Shown: piece by piece, positions 46,894 to 57,402 of the stretch | Position numbering within the stretch: the stretch's first letter is position 1 | How the letters are laid out: every line of letters starts with the position of its first letter | Assembly: GCA_045540015.1 (NCBI GenBank) | Contig: JAZQGP010000013.1 | Span: forward strand, 128,251 to 192,250 | Reading direction: 5' to 3' | Source of the DNA: Eubacteriales bacterium | GTDB taxonomy: Bacteria > Bacillota > Clostridia > Oscillospirales > CAG-382 | Length of the DNA: 64,000 nt | Made by a program: the position numbers and the translations under genes | Notes under the pieces: model-generated | What the model was told of the DNA's origin: nothing | The model's input: the letters and a program-made list of their open reading frames with translations, nothing else | Database searches by the model: none

Positions 46894-47628
46894 ATGTCTG
46901 TTATATGGCATTCTTTGGTTACAGTCCTGTTGATTTTTATCGTTTATATTGTTTTTTTAGCAATATGCAGCGTATTTATAAGTCCTGGAAAGGAATATAA
47001 CGTAAACAGCAATTTTTATCGTTTTCTTCTCAACAGTGCTTCTTTTGCTGCTCTGACGCTGTTGAGAATAAAGGTACATACAGACGGCTTGGAAAAAATG
47101 CCTGATGATGAAAAAATAATGTTTGTATGCAACCATCGTTCAAGCTATGACCCCATCGTAACTTGGTGGACTTTAAGAAAGTGGCAAATAGCTTTTATCT
47201 CTAAAGAATCTAACTTCAAAATTCCGTTTTTCGGAAGGATTATACGTAAGTGCTGCTTTATGGCAATCGACCGAGAGAATGCTCAGAATGCCATAGGAAC
47301 AATAAACAGGGCGGCGGATTTGTTGAAAAAGGAAGAGGTTTCAATTGGGGTTTATCCCGAGGGCACACGGAGTAAAAACTGTCAACTTTTGCCGTTTCAT
47401 GACGGTGTGTTCAGGATTGCTCAGAAGGCAGATAAGCCTATAGCAGTTCTTTGCATCACCGGAACAGAAAAAATAGCAGGAAATTTGCTAAAGCTCAAAT
47501 CCTCGGACGTTTATCTTTATGTTACGGAGCTTATTTCTGCAGACGAGGTAAAAAGGCTAAGAACCTTCTCTATCAGCGAGCGGGCACGAACAAAAATTAT
47601 AGAAAAAGCGGGAGCTATAAATGAATAA
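46894..47628 (+). CDS. plsC: 1-acyl-sn-glycerol-3-phosphate acyltransferase
   Basis: NHRSSYDP (HX4D) and YPEGTRS motifs. Confidence 0.85.
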   Translation: MSVIWHSLVTVLLIFIVYIVFLAICSVFISPGKEYNVNSNFYRFLLNSASFAALTLLRIKVHTDGLEKMPDDEKIMFVCNHRSSYDPIVTWWTLRKWQIAFISKESNFKIPFFGRIIRKCCFMAIDRENAQNAIGTINRAADLLKKEEVSIGVYPEGTRSKNCQLLPFHDGVFRIAQKADKPIAVLCITGTEKIAGNLLKLKSSDVYLYVTELISADEVKRLRTFSISERARTKIIEKAGAINE

Positions 47629-48463
47629 TACAGAATCAACCAAAATCAATATTCTTGTCACCTTGGATAAGAACTATATACCGTATCTTAATGTTATGCT
47701 CTATTCACTTATAAAAAGTAATCCCGACTGCTTTTTTGATGTGTATTTGCTGCACTCCTCGCTAAAGCAGCACAACACGTCTTCAACGATGCAAATTCTT
47801 GGCAAAAACGGAAATCTGATTATGATAAAAGCAAATAATATTGGTCTTGATGATGCACCTACCACAGCAAGATATCCAAAAGAAATATACTACCGAATTT
47901 TCGCCGCAAAGTATCTGCCAAGCCATCTCGACAGAGTGCTTTATCTTGACCCGGACATTATTGTAAACGGCTCGGTAAAGGAACTATATAAGCTTGACTT
48001 GAAGGACTATTATTTTGCGGCAGCATCACACACGGGAATTCTTATGACTGCTATCAACAGCATAAGGCTTGATATGGAAGACAACAGTCCTTATATAAAT
48101 TCGGGAGTTATGCTTATGAATCTTGAGCATCTTAGACGGGAGCAGAATATTGACGATGTCTTTTACTTTATAGAAAGAAGAAAAAGCCTGCTTATTCTTC
48201 CGGATCAGGACATCATAAGCAGTCTTTACGGCAGCAAAATATATGCACTCGATACCTTCCGTTACAACATGACGGAACGACTTTACAAAACACACGCTCC
48301 TTTTGAAAGAGGATTTGACCTTGATTGGGTGAAAAACAACTCCGTAATAATCCACTACTGCGGAAGAAACAAGCCGTGGAAAGACGGATATTCCGGACAG
48401 CTTGACATATTTTACAAAGAAACTGTTGCCGATATGAATAAAAGCATTTATCGTTTAACATAA
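47621..48463 (+). CDS. glycosyltransferase family 8
   Basis: VTLDKNYIPYL..., DxD (LDPDIIV), and the NSGVMLMNL motif. Confidence 0.8.
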   Translation: MNNTESTKINILVTLDKNYIPYLNVMLYSLIKSNPDCFFDVYLLHSSLKQHNTSSTMQILGKNGNLIMIKANNIGLDDAPTTARYPKEIYYRIFAAKYLPSHLDRVLYLDPDIIVNGSVKELYKLDLKDYYFAAASHTGILMTAINSIRLDMEDNSPYINSGVMLMNLEHLRREQNIDDVFYFIERRKSLLILPDQDIISSLYGSKIYALDTFRYNMTERLYKTHAPFERGFDLDWVKNNSVIIHYCGRNKPWKDGYSGQLDIFYKETVADMNKSIYRLT

Positions 48464-48482
48464 CTGAAGGAGAAATACTCAT

Positions 48483-49043
48483 ATGCACAGAGTTTTAAAA
48501 AAAGAGCAAATTCTTACAATTCCAAATTTGTTGAGTATTATAAGGTTGCTTCTTATTCCTCTTATTGTATATCTTTACTGCGTTCTTGAAAATCGCAATG
48601 CTGCAGTTATTGTAATTCTCATTTCGGGTCTTACCGATATTATTGACGGCTTTATCGCAAGACATTTCAATATGGTGTCCGATTTCGGAAAAATACTTGA
48701 TCCCATTGCAGACAAGCTGACGCAAGCAGCTGTAATGTTTTGTCTTATAAGCAGATATAAGCATATGACGGCATTGATAATTATACTTGTAATAAAAGAG
48801 CTTGTTTTAGCCGTTTTCGGATATCTTGCAATTAAAAAGAAAGACTCTGTAAATAGTGCCAAATGGTACGGGAAAGTAAATACAGTTATTCTGTACATTG
48901 TAATGATGGTGCTGATACTGATGCCGGACTTGCCGTATTATATAGCAAATCTATTGATATTTATTTGCGGTGCAGCTATGCTGTTATCTTTAATATTGTA
49001 TACACGATTTTATATAAACTTGCTTTTCAATAAAGCAAAATAA
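48483..49043 (+). CDS. pgsA: CDP-alcohol phosphatidyltransferase (PgsA-like)
   Basis: DGFIARHFNMVSDFGKILDPIADKL, the CDP-alcohol transferase signature. Confidence 0.8.
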   Translation: MHRVLKKEQILTIPNLLSIIRLLLIPLIVYLYCVLENRNAAVIVILISGLTDIIDGFIARHFNMVSDFGKILDPIADKLTQAAVMFCLISRYKHMTALIIILVIKELVLAVFGYLAIKKKDSVNSAKWYGKVNTVILYIVMMVLILMPDLPYYIANLLIFICGAAMLLSLILYTRFYINLLFNKAK

Positions 49044-49053
49044 GAGGTTATAT

Positions 49054-49866
49054 ATGCTGAAACGAACAATCACAGGCTTTTTTATAGTAGCTGCCATATA
49101 TATTATGATATATTTTTCTTATACTCCGTATGTGACATTGTTTGCCGCAGCAATACTGAGCGGATTTTCGGTGTATGAGATTTGCCGAGCAACAGAAACC
49201 ATAGAAAATGAAGGCTTCTTCACTTTTTCCATGCTTATTTCAATAGGACTTGTATTTTGCAATATACCTTTTTACAAAGAACTTGTCAGAGTTGTGTTTG
49301 TTTTAGCTGTAATTGTATTTGCTCTTATGATGATACGGATAAAGCACATAAAGCTTTCCTTTCCTGTTCAAGCGGTTATTCTTGAATTGATAATCATTAT
49401 TATGTTCAAAGCAATGCCCCAATTGATACAGCTTGAAAACGGAATATACTATCTTACCTTCGCAGTAACCCTGTGCTTTGTCACAGATGTGGCTGCATAT
49501 CTTGTCGGGCGAAGCTGCGGGCGTCACAAGCTCATTCCCAAAATCAGTCCCAACAAAACAGTGGAGGGTGCCGTTGCAGGAGTTGTTTTTGCAGTTTTGT
49601 TTATGAATTTTGCAGGCTTCCTGCTTGAATATTTTTCAGGTCTTAGCATAGATCATATACTTTTGACTGTTTACTCTCTGTGCACTTCGCTTGTCGCACA
49701 ATTCGGTGACCTTTCTATGTCTGCAGTGAAAAGGAGCTGCGGTATAAAAGATTTTGGAAACATACTGCCCGGACATGGCGGTATTCTGGACAGATTTGAC
49801 AGTCATCTTTTTTCTATTTCTTTTACTTTTCTATACTGTGTCTACACAGAAGGATTTATCAAGTAA
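49054..49866 (+). CDS. cdsA: phosphatidate cytidylyltransferase
   Basis: SAVKRSCGIKDFGNILPGHGGILDRFDS signature. Confidence 0.9.
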   Translation: MLKRTITGFFIVAAIYIMIYFSYTPYVTLFAAAILSGFSVYEICRATETIENEGFFTFSMLISIGLVFCNIPFYKELVRVVFVLAVIVFALMMIRIKHIKLSFPVQAVILELIIIIMFKAMPQLIQLENGIYYLTFAVTLCFVTDVAAYLVGRSCGRHKLIPKISPNKTVEGAVAGVVFAVLFMNFAGFLLEYFSGLSIDHILLTVYSLCTSLVAQFGDLSMSAVKRSCGIKDFGNILPGHGGILDRFDSHLFSISFTFLYCVYTEGFIK

Positions 49867-49885
49867 ACCTTCCGGAGGTTAAACT

Positions 49886-52800
49886 ATGAAAAAATACCGT
49901 GCCGGTATTGATATCGGCTCTACTACCGTCAAATTAGTAATACTTGACGAAAATGATAACATTATATTCGGCAGCTATAAACGCCACGCATCACATACAC
50001 AAAAAACGCTTTCCGAACTCTTAAAGGAGGCTGTGACAGTTGTCGGTGACTGTGAGCTGACAGTCAGAATTACAGGTTCCGGCTCAATAAATCTCGGCAA
50101 AGCCTTGAATATCGAGTTCGTTCAAGAGGTTGTGGCTGTTGCTGCCGCACTGAAAAAAGCGGCACCTCAAACCGACGTTGCAATAGAGCTTGGCGGCGAG
50201 GATGCAAAAATTATATATTTTGACGGTGGAATTGAGGAAAGAATGAACGGCGTTTGTGCAGGGGGAACAGGCTCTTTTATAGACCAGATGGCATCCCTTT
50301 TGCAGACAGATGCCGAAGGACTCAACAAGCAAGCCGAGAATTACAAACAGATATATCCTATTGCGGCACGCTGCGGTGTTTTTGCAAAAACAGACATACA
50401 GCCCCTTATAAACGAAGGTGCGACAAAGGCAGACCTTGCCGCCTCCATTTTTCAGGCGGTGGTCAATCAGACAATATCCGGACTTGCCTGCGGAAAGCCG
50501 ATACACGGCAATGTTGCGTTTCTCGGAGGTCCCCTGCACTTTTTGCCGGAGCTAAAAAAAGCATTTATCCGTACACTTGGTCTTACACCCGAAACAACTG
50601 TTGATCCCGAAAATTCCCATTTATTTGCCGCTATGGGTGCCGCACTTGAAAGCGGGGAAACTCATCCCGTGGCAATAGAGGCTTTGATAAGCAGACTTGA
50701 GAGCGGTGTTGAGATATCCTTCGAGATGCCCCGTCTTGCTCGGTTGTTTGAAAGCATGCAAGAATATGATGACTTTTGTAAGCGGCATAATAATGCTATC
50801 GTTCCCAAAGAAAGCCTTGCAGAATATGAGGGTAACTGTTTTCTCGGCATTGATGCCGGCTCTACCACAACAAAGCTGGCACTTATCGGAGAGAACGGCA
50901 GTCTTCTTTATTCCTTTTATGCAAACAATCAAGGAAATCCAATCGAAACTGCTAAAAAAGCCATTGCCGAGCTTCGGGAGGTATTTCCGGAAAGGGCAAA
51001 AATTGCAAGAGCCTGCTCCACAGGCTATGGTGAAGAGCTTTTGAAATCGGCTTTTTCATTGGACGAAGGCGAAGTAGAGACCATTGCCCACTGCACAGCC
51101 GCCTCATTTTTTGATCCAAAGGTTGATTGCGTGCTGGATATCGGCGGTCAGGATATGAAATGCATTAAGCTTAAGAACGGAGCCGTAGATAATATAATGC
51201 TTAACGAAGCCTGTTCTTCGGGGTGCGGCTCATTTATTGAAAATTTTGCAAACTCTCTGGGCTTTTCCGCTGAAGAATTTTCCGAGAAGGCTTTGTTTGC
51301 CAAAGCCCCCGTCGACCTTGGCACACGGTGTACCGTATTTATGAATTCCAATGTAAAGCAGGCACAAAAAGAGGGGGCTTGCGTTTCGGATATTTCTGCA
51401 GGACTTGCGTATTCCGTAATAAAAAATGCCCTCTACAAGGTAATTAAGCTTGCCGATGCAAAAGAACTTGGGGAGCATATTGTTGTTCAGGGAGGTACTT
51501 TTCATAACAAGGCAGTACTTCGTGCATTTGAGAAAATTTCGGGTACGGAGGTTATATGCCCCGATATCTCAGGAATTATGGGTGCCTTCGGTGCGGCTCT
51601 TATTGCAAGAGAGCATTATGACGGAACCGAAACTAAAATGCTTTCCTTTGATGAGATACAAAAGCTTACATATACCTCCCGAAGTACCCGCTGCAAGGGC
51701 TGCTCCAACAGCTGCTGTCTGACCGTAAACAGATTTGACGGCGGAAGAATACATATTACGGGAAACCGTTGTGAAAAGGGACTTGGCAACGGCGATAACA
51801 CGGAAAAAGTCCCCAATATGTTTGAGTACAAGCGAAAGAGAATTTTTGATTATCCGTCACTCTCGGAAACCGAAGCCAAAAGAGGAACGATAGGTATTCC
51901 GAGAGTACTTAATATCTATGAAAACTATCCGTTCTGGGCAACCTTCTTCAGAAGACTCGGCTTTCGCGTTGTGCTGTCACCCTTTTCTACAAGAAAAATA
52001 TATGAGCTTGGTATGGACTCAATTCCATCGGAATCTGAATGCTACCCTGCAAAGCTTTCTCACGGTCATGTTAAGTGGCTTATTGATAACGGTATCAAAA
52101 CAATTTTCCATCCTTGTGTATTTTATGAGCATAAGGAAACAAAAGGGGCACAAAATAACTTTAACTGTCCTATTGTTGTTTCATATCCCGAAAATCTGAA
52201 AAACAACGTGGAAGATGTGTCAAGCGGGAAAATTCGGTATATCCGTCCATTTCTTGCCTTTACAAGTGAAAAAATTGCAGCAGACCGTCTGGTGAAGATC
52301 TGTAAAAAAGAATGGGATATTCCGGAAAAAGAAGTAAGGTGGGCGGTAGAAGAAGCGTGGAAGGAACAGCAAAAAGCAAAGGAGGATATTGCCATTGCAG
52401 GCAGACGTGTTATTGAATCTCTTGATAAAAGCGGAAAATACGGAATTGTTCTTGCCGGTCGTCCATATCACATTGACCCCGAAATCAATCACGGAATCCC
52501 TGAGCTTATTGCCTCCTACGGTATTTCTGTGCTTACAGAGGACAGTCTTCCCATTGACTTTGATCCGGAGAGACCTTTACGTGTTGTTGACCAGTGGGTA
52601 TATCATTCCAGGCTATATTCAGCGGCAGAATATGTCAGCAGACGAAAAAATCTCGAGCTTATACAGCTAAACTCCTTTGGATGCGGTCTTGATGCTGTTA
52701 CTACCGACCAAGTTTGCGAAATACTTGAGAGTTCGGGAAAGCTTTACACACTTCTTAAAATCGACGAGGTCAATAATCTCGGTGCTGTCCGTATACGCAT

Positions 52801-54112
52801 CAGAAGTCTTATTTCTGCCATAAATATGCGAAAAAAGCAAAATATTGTTCCAAAGCCTGTGTCAATACGCTATGAACGAACTCCCTTTACAAAGGAAATG
52901 AGAGAAGACGGATATACTATTCTTGCACCGCAAATGAGTCCCATCCACTTTGACATTTTAGAGCCCGCCTTCAGAAAGCATGGCTACAACATGGTGGTGC
53001 TTGACAATGACAACCGCTCGGCGATTGATACGGGACTGAAATACGTTAACAACGATGCATGCTACCCGTCTGTTACAATTGTAGGTCAGTTTATGGAGGC
53101 TGTTCTTTCGGGGAAATACGATACCGATAATCTCGCCATTATAATGACACAGACAGGTGGCTGCTGCAGGGCAAGTAATTACGTTTCTTTTATCCGCAGA
53201 GCGCTTGATAAGGCAGGGTATTCCCATATCCCCGTTATTTCCCTCAACGCAAACGGAATGGAGAAAAACGAAGGATTTAAGTTGAAGCCCGGAGTAATCA
53301 TAGATGTAGCACACGCATTGGTTTACGGGGACCTGTTTATGCGGTGTCTGTACCGTGTGCGTCCATATGAAAAGGAGGTCGGTTCTGCAAATAAGCTGCA
53401 CAAAAAATGGCAGAATATCTGTATAGACTCAATTGTAAATCCGAATTCCGAATATACATATAAATCTGTATGCAAAGGCATCGTTGAAGCCTTTGACAGC
53501 TTTCCCATTGATACGACGATAAAAAAGCCCCGTGTCGGAATTGTGGGCGAAATTCTTGTCAAGTATATGCCTCTTGCAAATAATCATTTGGTAGAGCTTC
53601 TCGAAAGCGAGGGAGCTGAGGCTGTTGTTCCGGATATGATGGATTTTTTCAATTACAGTGTATATGGCTCACAATATAAAGCAAAGTATCTGGGGGCAAA
53701 AAAATCCTCTGCCTTCTTGTCAAAGTCGGCAATTAAACTTATTGAGAAGGTAAGAAAGCCTGCCATTGATGCTCTCAAAAACAGCAAGCGTTTCGATGCT
53801 CCGATATCAATTTATGAGATTGCAGAAATGACAAAGCCCTTTTTATCTCTCGGTAATCAATATGGAGAAGGCTGGTTCCTTACAGGTGAAATGGTAGAGC
53901 TTATTACTCACGGAACACCCAACATAGTATGTATTCAGCCCTTTGCATGCCTGCCAAATCACGTCGTGGGAAAAGGTGTAATAAAGGCACTCAAAAAAGA
54001 ATATCCGCAAAGTAATATCGCTGCGGTTGATTATGATCCCGGGGCAAGCGAGGTCAATCAGCTAAACAGAATAAAGCTTATGCTTTCAGCGGCAAAGAAG
54101 AATTTATCATAA
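49886..54112 (+). CDS. BCR/HAD-family fusion: two BadF/BcrA-type activase ATPase domains plus 2-hydroxyacyl-CoA-dehydratase-like domains (PlsA/PlsR-like)
   Basis: Two acetate/sugar-kinase-fold ATPase repeats (GIDIGSTTVKLV; GIDAGSTTTKLA) are followed by dehydratase-component-like domains. 1408 aa, embedded in a phospholipid gene cluster. Confidence 0.7.
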   Translation: MKKYRAGIDIGSTTVKLVILDENDNIIFGSYKRHASHTQKTLSELLKEAVTVVGDCELTVRITGSGSINLGKALNIEFVQEVVAVAAALKKAAPQTDVAIELGGEDAKIIYFDGGIEERMNGVCAGGTGSFIDQMASLLQTDAEGLNKQAENYKQIYPIAARCGVFAKTDIQPLINEGATKADLAASIFQAVVNQTISGLACGKPIHGNVAFLGGPLHFLPELKKAFIRTLGLTPETTVDPENSHLFAAMGAALESGETHPVAIEALISRLESGVEISFEMPRLARLFESMQEYDDFCKRHNNAIVPKESLAEYEGNCFLGIDAGSTTTKLALIGENGSLLYSFYANNQGNPIETAKKAIAELREVFPERAKIARACSTGYGEELLKSAFSLDEGEVETIAHCTAASFFDPKVDCVLDIGGQDMKCIKLKNGAVDNIMLNEACSSGCGSFIENFANSLGFSAEEFSEKALFAKAPVDLGTRCTVFMNSNVKQAQKEGACVSDISAGLAYSVIKNALYKVIKLADAKELGEHIVVQGGTFHNKAVLRAFEKISGTEVICPDISGIMGAFGAALIAREHYDGTETKMLSFDEIQKLTYTSRSTRCKGCSNSCCLTVNRFDGGRIHITGNRCEKGLGNGDNTEKVPNMFEYKRKRIFDYPSLSETEAKRGTIGIPRVLNIYENYPFWATFFRRLGFRVVLSPFSTRKIYELGMDSIPSESECYPAKLSHGHVKWLIDNGIKTIFHPCVFYEHKETKGAQNNFNCPIVVSYPENLKNNVEDVSSGKIRYIRPFLAFTSEKIAADRLVKICKKEWDIPEKEVRWAVEEAWKEQQKAKEDIAIAGRRVIESLDKSGKYGIVLAGRPYHIDPEINHGIPELIASYGISVLTEDSLPIDFDPERPLRVVDQWVYHSRLYSAAEYVSRRKNLELIQLNSFGCGLDAVTTDQVCEILESSGKLYTLLKIDEVNNLGAVRIRIRSLISAINMRKKQNIVPKPVSIRYERTPFTKEMREDGYTILAPQMSPIHFDILEPAFRKHGYNMVVLDNDNRSAIDTGLKYVNNDACYPSVTIVGQFMEAVLSGKYDTDNLAIIMTQTGGCCRASNYVSFIRRALDKAGYSHIPVISLNANGMEKNEGFKLKPGVIIDVAHALVYGDLFMRCLYRVRPYEKEVGSANKLHKKWQNICIDSIVNPNSEYTYKSVCKGIVEAFDSFPIDTTIKKPRVGIVGEILVKYMPLANNHLVELLESEGAEAVVPDMMDFFNYSVYGSQYKAKYLGAKKSSAFLSKSAIKLIEKVRKPAIDALKNSKRFDAPISIYEIAEMTKPFLSLGNQYGEGWFLTGEMVELITHGTPNIVCIQPFACLPNHVVGKGVIKALKKEYPQSNIAAVDYDPGASEVNQLNRIKLMLSAAKKNLS

Positions 54113-54131
54113 AAATGAAAGGAGAACAGAA

Positions 54132-55133
54132 ATGAAAAAAGAAACACGCAACCTGCTTATAGGCGCAGGAGCTGCAGCAGCAGGAATCGGTGCTGCCGTT
54201 ACAATTTCTCACAAGCTTACAAAAGAGCTTATTAGAATTGCAATGGATCGGGAAATGCCAAAAACAAATAACAAAAGCAAAAGAAAGCTTACAGGTACGA
54301 AAAAAGATACGGCAGATTACGAAATGGCTTTATCCAAAGCCTCCGAAATGCTTGAAAACAGCGGATGCGAACAGGTGGAAATAATCAGCCACGATGGTCT
54401 GAAGCTTGTTGGTCACTATCATAATTGTGAAAATCCCAAACGTGTAATTATAGCAATGCACGGTTGGCGTTCAAAGTGGTCAAATGATTTCTGTGCAATA
54501 TCGGATTTCTGGCATAACAACGATTGTTGTGTTCTGTATGCAGAGCAGCGTGGTCAAGGAAACAGCGACGGTGATTATATAGGATTTGGTCTTATGGAAC
54601 GTTACGACTGCCTTGATTGGATAAACTGGATAAATTCGAACATAACCGATGAACTTCCAATATATCTCTGTGGAGTGTCAATGGGTGCTACGACAGTACT
54701 TATGACGGCAGGGCTTGAGCTTCCGAAAAATGTAAGAGGAATAATTGCCGATTGCGGCTTTACATCACCTCATGCTATATGGAAGCATGTTGTTGAAAAT
54801 AATCTTCATATGCCATACGATGGTATCAGGAGCAATATAATAAATAAAATGTGCAAGAAAAAAATCAACATAGGCGCCAAAGATTATTCTGCAACCGATG
54901 CCATGAAAAAGTGTGAGATCCCGGTATTGTTTATACACGGAACCGATGACTGTTTTGTTCCTGTTGAAATGACCTATGAAAATTATAAAGCCTGTGCAGC
55001 ACCAAAAAGATTGCTTGTTGTTCCGGGTGCAGAGCATGCAATGAGTTACTTTGTCAATAAAACCGAATATGAAAATAAAGTTACTGAATTCTGGAAGGAT
55101 TTTGATATAGATGAACAATTTTTACAAAATTAA
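54132..55133 (+). CDS. membrane-anchored alpha/beta hydrolase
   Basis: Nucleophile elbow GVSMGA and an HG oxyanion motif (MHGWRS). Confidence 0.75.
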   Translation: MKKETRNLLIGAGAAAAGIGAAVTISHKLTKELIRIAMDREMPKTNNKSKRKLTGTKKDTADYEMALSKASEMLENSGCEQVEIISHDGLKLVGHYHNCENPKRVIIAMHGWRSKWSNDFCAISDFWHNNDCCVLYAEQRGQGNSDGDYIGFGLMERYDCLDWINWINSNITDELPIYLCGVSMGATTVLMTAGLELPKNVRGIIADCGFTSPHAIWKHVVENNLHMPYDGIRSNIINKMCKKKINIGAKDYSATDAMKKCEIPVLFIHGTDDCFVPVEMTYENYKACAAPKRLLVVPGAEHAMSYFVNKTEYENKVTEFWKDFDIDEQFLQN

Positions 55134-55845
55134 CCATACAATCAAATACTCTGAGACCGACAGTGACTATCGAGTGCGGCTTGATTATATAATGGCTCAT
55201 TTTCAGGATATAACAGGGCTTCACTCGGGTGAAATGGAGATTGACGGTAAAACAATGCTCGAAAAGTCTAATGCCTTTTGGGTTCTGACCAAGCTTAAAA
55301 TGAAAATTGAGCGATTGCCCGAGTTTGACGAAACGGTGGAAATTGAAACCTGGCCTACAACAGCAAAGGGAGTCCGCTTCGGGCGGGACTATATCATCAG
55401 CAAAGACGGAACGCCTCTTATTTCGTGTACCAGTGAATGGTGTACGTTGGATTTTGATACTCACAGACCAAGGAAAGCGGAAACAGTTCACTATCCGCAT
55501 TCTATGCCTCACCGTGACTACAAATGCGATGCCGGTGAGATTATACGTCTAAAAGAGGTTGTTGAAGAAGACAACCTTCATCACACATATATATCCTCGT
55601 TTGTTGATATTGATACAAATCATCACACCAACAATGTAGCATATATAAGAATGTTCTTAAATTGCTTTTCACCGCAAGAGTTCTCAGCTATATACCCCGA
55701 TGAATTTCAGATATCTTTCTTTTCACAATCATTTTACGGAGAAGAAATATCTGTTTATAAGAAAAAAACCGATTACGGATATTACGTTGAAGGAAAAAAA
55801 GACGGAATCAGTATATTTGCCTGTATACTTACCTTGAAAAAGTGA
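55111..55845 (+). CDS. acyl-ACP thioesterase
   Basis: Double hot-dog architecture. The N-terminus (IKYSETDSDYRVRLDYIMAHFQDI) is typical of the FatA/B-like bacterial family. Confidence 0.8.
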   Translation: MNNFYKINHTIKYSETDSDYRVRLDYIMAHFQDITGLHSGEMEIDGKTMLEKSNAFWVLTKLKMKIERLPEFDETVEIETWPTTAKGVRFGRDYIISKDGTPLISCTSEWCTLDFDTHRPRKAETVHYPHSMPHRDYKCDAGEIIRLKEVVEEDNLHHTYISSFVDIDTNHHTNNVAYIRMFLNCFSPQEFSAIYPDEFQISFFSQSFYGEEISVYKKKTDYGYYVEGKKDGISIFACILTLKK

Positions 55846-55852
55846 TATTGTT

Positions 55853-55890
55853 CAAACCGGACTTATAGAAAGCCCGGTTTGTTTCGTTTC
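55853..55890 (+). terminator. intrinsic terminator
   Basis: Stem CAAACCGG / CCGGTTTG, then a T-rich run that overlaps site e. Confidence 0.45.
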
Positions 55891-55913
55891 AGTTTAGAAA
55901 ACAGCTTTATAAT
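55881..55913 (+). promoter_or_regulatory. operator-like motif (site e) plus -10 box
   Basis: GTTTCGTTTCAGTTTAGA, 9 nt, then TATAAT (55908-55913). Confidence 0.55.
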
Positions 55914-56015
55914 ACTTTAAAAGTTGTTTCAGTTAGCATTCAGTCAATGAGTGTGACAAAAAAGAGCCCTGTTGCGATTTATTGCTTTGGGTGTGCAACT
56001 CCAGGGAGATATGAA

Positions 56016-56165
56016 ATGTATAGAAAAGAACGGGAAATTGTTGTCGGCATAGCATTGGTAATTTGTCTGTTTGTGGCATTGACTCATTTTGATTTAAAGA
56101 ACACTTTTCAAAGGATGATGTATACTCGAAAATATCGACAAACATATTGTGAAAAGATAACATAA
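56016..56165 (+). CDS. small single-TM protein (49 aa)
   Basis: ATG lies 7 nt after GGGAG. Product MYRKEREIVVGIALVICLFVALTHF.... First ORF downstream of site e. Confidence 0.3.
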   Translation: MYRKEREIVVGIALVICLFVALTHFDLKNTFQRMMYTRKYRQTYCEKIT

Positions 56166-56410
56166 ACTACATGACCACTCATCCTATCAATTGCGATGTA
56201 GAGCTTCTCAGACTACCAACAGCAGATTATGATTTGTGCTGTGCTTTGCTTACTATACTGTTGAGAGAAGACTATTTCGATAATGGTGCTTTTGAAAGAA
56301 GATAGCGAAAAGGACAGGTTAAACCGATAGTTGAACGGATAATATTTTTGATGTCGCATCAATGATACAAGAAAACACGCAAAAAAACTATACAATGAGA
56401 ATCTAATTTG

Positions 56411-56443
56411 AAATCAAAAGAAGCAGCACTCCTGTGCTGCTTC
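56411..56443 (-). terminator. intrinsic terminator (minus strand)
   Basis: 10-bp stem GAAGCAGCAC / GTGCTGCTTC with loop tcct, and a T-run on the minus strand. Confidence 0.6.
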
Positions 56444-56458
56444 TCGTCACCTATCCCC

Positions 56459-56749
56459 CTAAACCTCCCAAACCGCATTATCAAGCCAAGCATCCGCTTC
56501 CTCAAAGGACATCAATCTGTACTCATCCTTTTCTTTCAGATCTTCTTTTGTCAGAACACCATTTTCGACTTCATCCTTGTGCCATTCGGGATTTAACTTC
56601 CACATAGTTTCGAGTATGTACTCATCGTCTTCCGTCTTATAAAGAATCTCGGTAAAGTAGATAAACTCCTGCCAGCTAAAGCGGTCGATAGAGTCAATAA
56701 ATTCGAGGCTTTCCTTTTCGAACTCTCTTCCGTTAATCGTAATAATCAT
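56459..56749 (-). CDS. small acidic hypothetical protein (96 aa)
   Basis: ORF starting MIITINGREFEKESLEF.... Highly acidic. No family recognised. Internal Met chosen (track start 56866). Confidence 0.45.
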   Translation of the reverse strand: MIITINGREFEKESLEFIDSIDRFSWQEFIYFTEILYKTEDDEYILETMWKLNPEWHKDEVENGVLTKEDLKEKDEYRLMSFEEADAWLDNAVWEV

Positions 56750-56916
56750 TTTCCCATTTCCTTTCGTTTTGTTTTTAATATGAGAGAAAGCGAGAGGGAA
56801 AAGTGTTCGATTTGCATTTTTCGTGGTAATCTTTTCTTTCATACTCACTATAGAAGATATACACAACAGGCGCCAAAGTGAATCTTCAAAGACAAAACAA
56901 GAAAGAGAGGAAAGAA

Positions 56917-57402
56917 ATGATAGTAAAAGGAGTCCTGTGCCAACCTAATGAGATTGGCAAGGTAATACGTGTCTCAACCGAGTCGGGTATGTTAAAGGCG
57001 GCCATAAACGCAACACAATACGAAATGACGTATTTTAAGGATAAGACCGTTGCATTTGTAGTTGACGAGTTCGCGAAAATCTTAGGCAAAAGGTTTAACA
57101 GGGCAATTTTCAAGGACGGGTCCGACGTTCCCGAAACTGTTCTGCAAGGCGATTTTTTGATCGTAGGTGTGCCCGAAGACGGTTTCAGAGATCTAAGCGA
57201 CGATGAAATCAAAAGATACTTAGATCTCTTTGAATTGCCGCAAAAGTTTTTTACGAAGACGGCGAACTTTGTGTATTCAAGTTTCGACCGAATGAAGGTA
57301 AATCGCAAAACAGCAAACTACTCGAAGATATATGGGACAAAAAATATGACCCGCAGGAAGCAGGCAGAACCGACGAACAACAAAAACGCAACCGTAGAAT
57401 GA
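56917..57402 (+). CDS. DUF3846-like protein (mobile-element associated)
   Basis: The pattern ...VVDEFAKILGKRFNRAI...GDFLIVGVPEDGFRDLSDDEIKRY matches the DUF3846 layout seen on plasmids and ICEs, judged by recollection of the family. Confidence 0.5.
   Translation: MIVKGVLCQPNEIGKVIRVSTESGMLKAAINATQYEMTYFKDKTVAFVVDEFAKILGKRFNRAIFKDGSDVPETVLQGDFLIVGVPEDGFRDLSDDEIKRYLDLFELPQKFFTKTANFVYSSFDRMKVNRKTANYSKIYGTKNMTRRKQAEPTNNKNATVE

Noticed and set aside
55921-55940. A sixth, degenerate copy of the RR motif (GTTGTTTCAGTTAGCATTCAG)
   Set aside because: It lies downstream of the site e -10 box, lacks the TTTAGA half-site and has no -10 hexamer at the fixed spacing. It is probably a chance resemblance or part of the leader.
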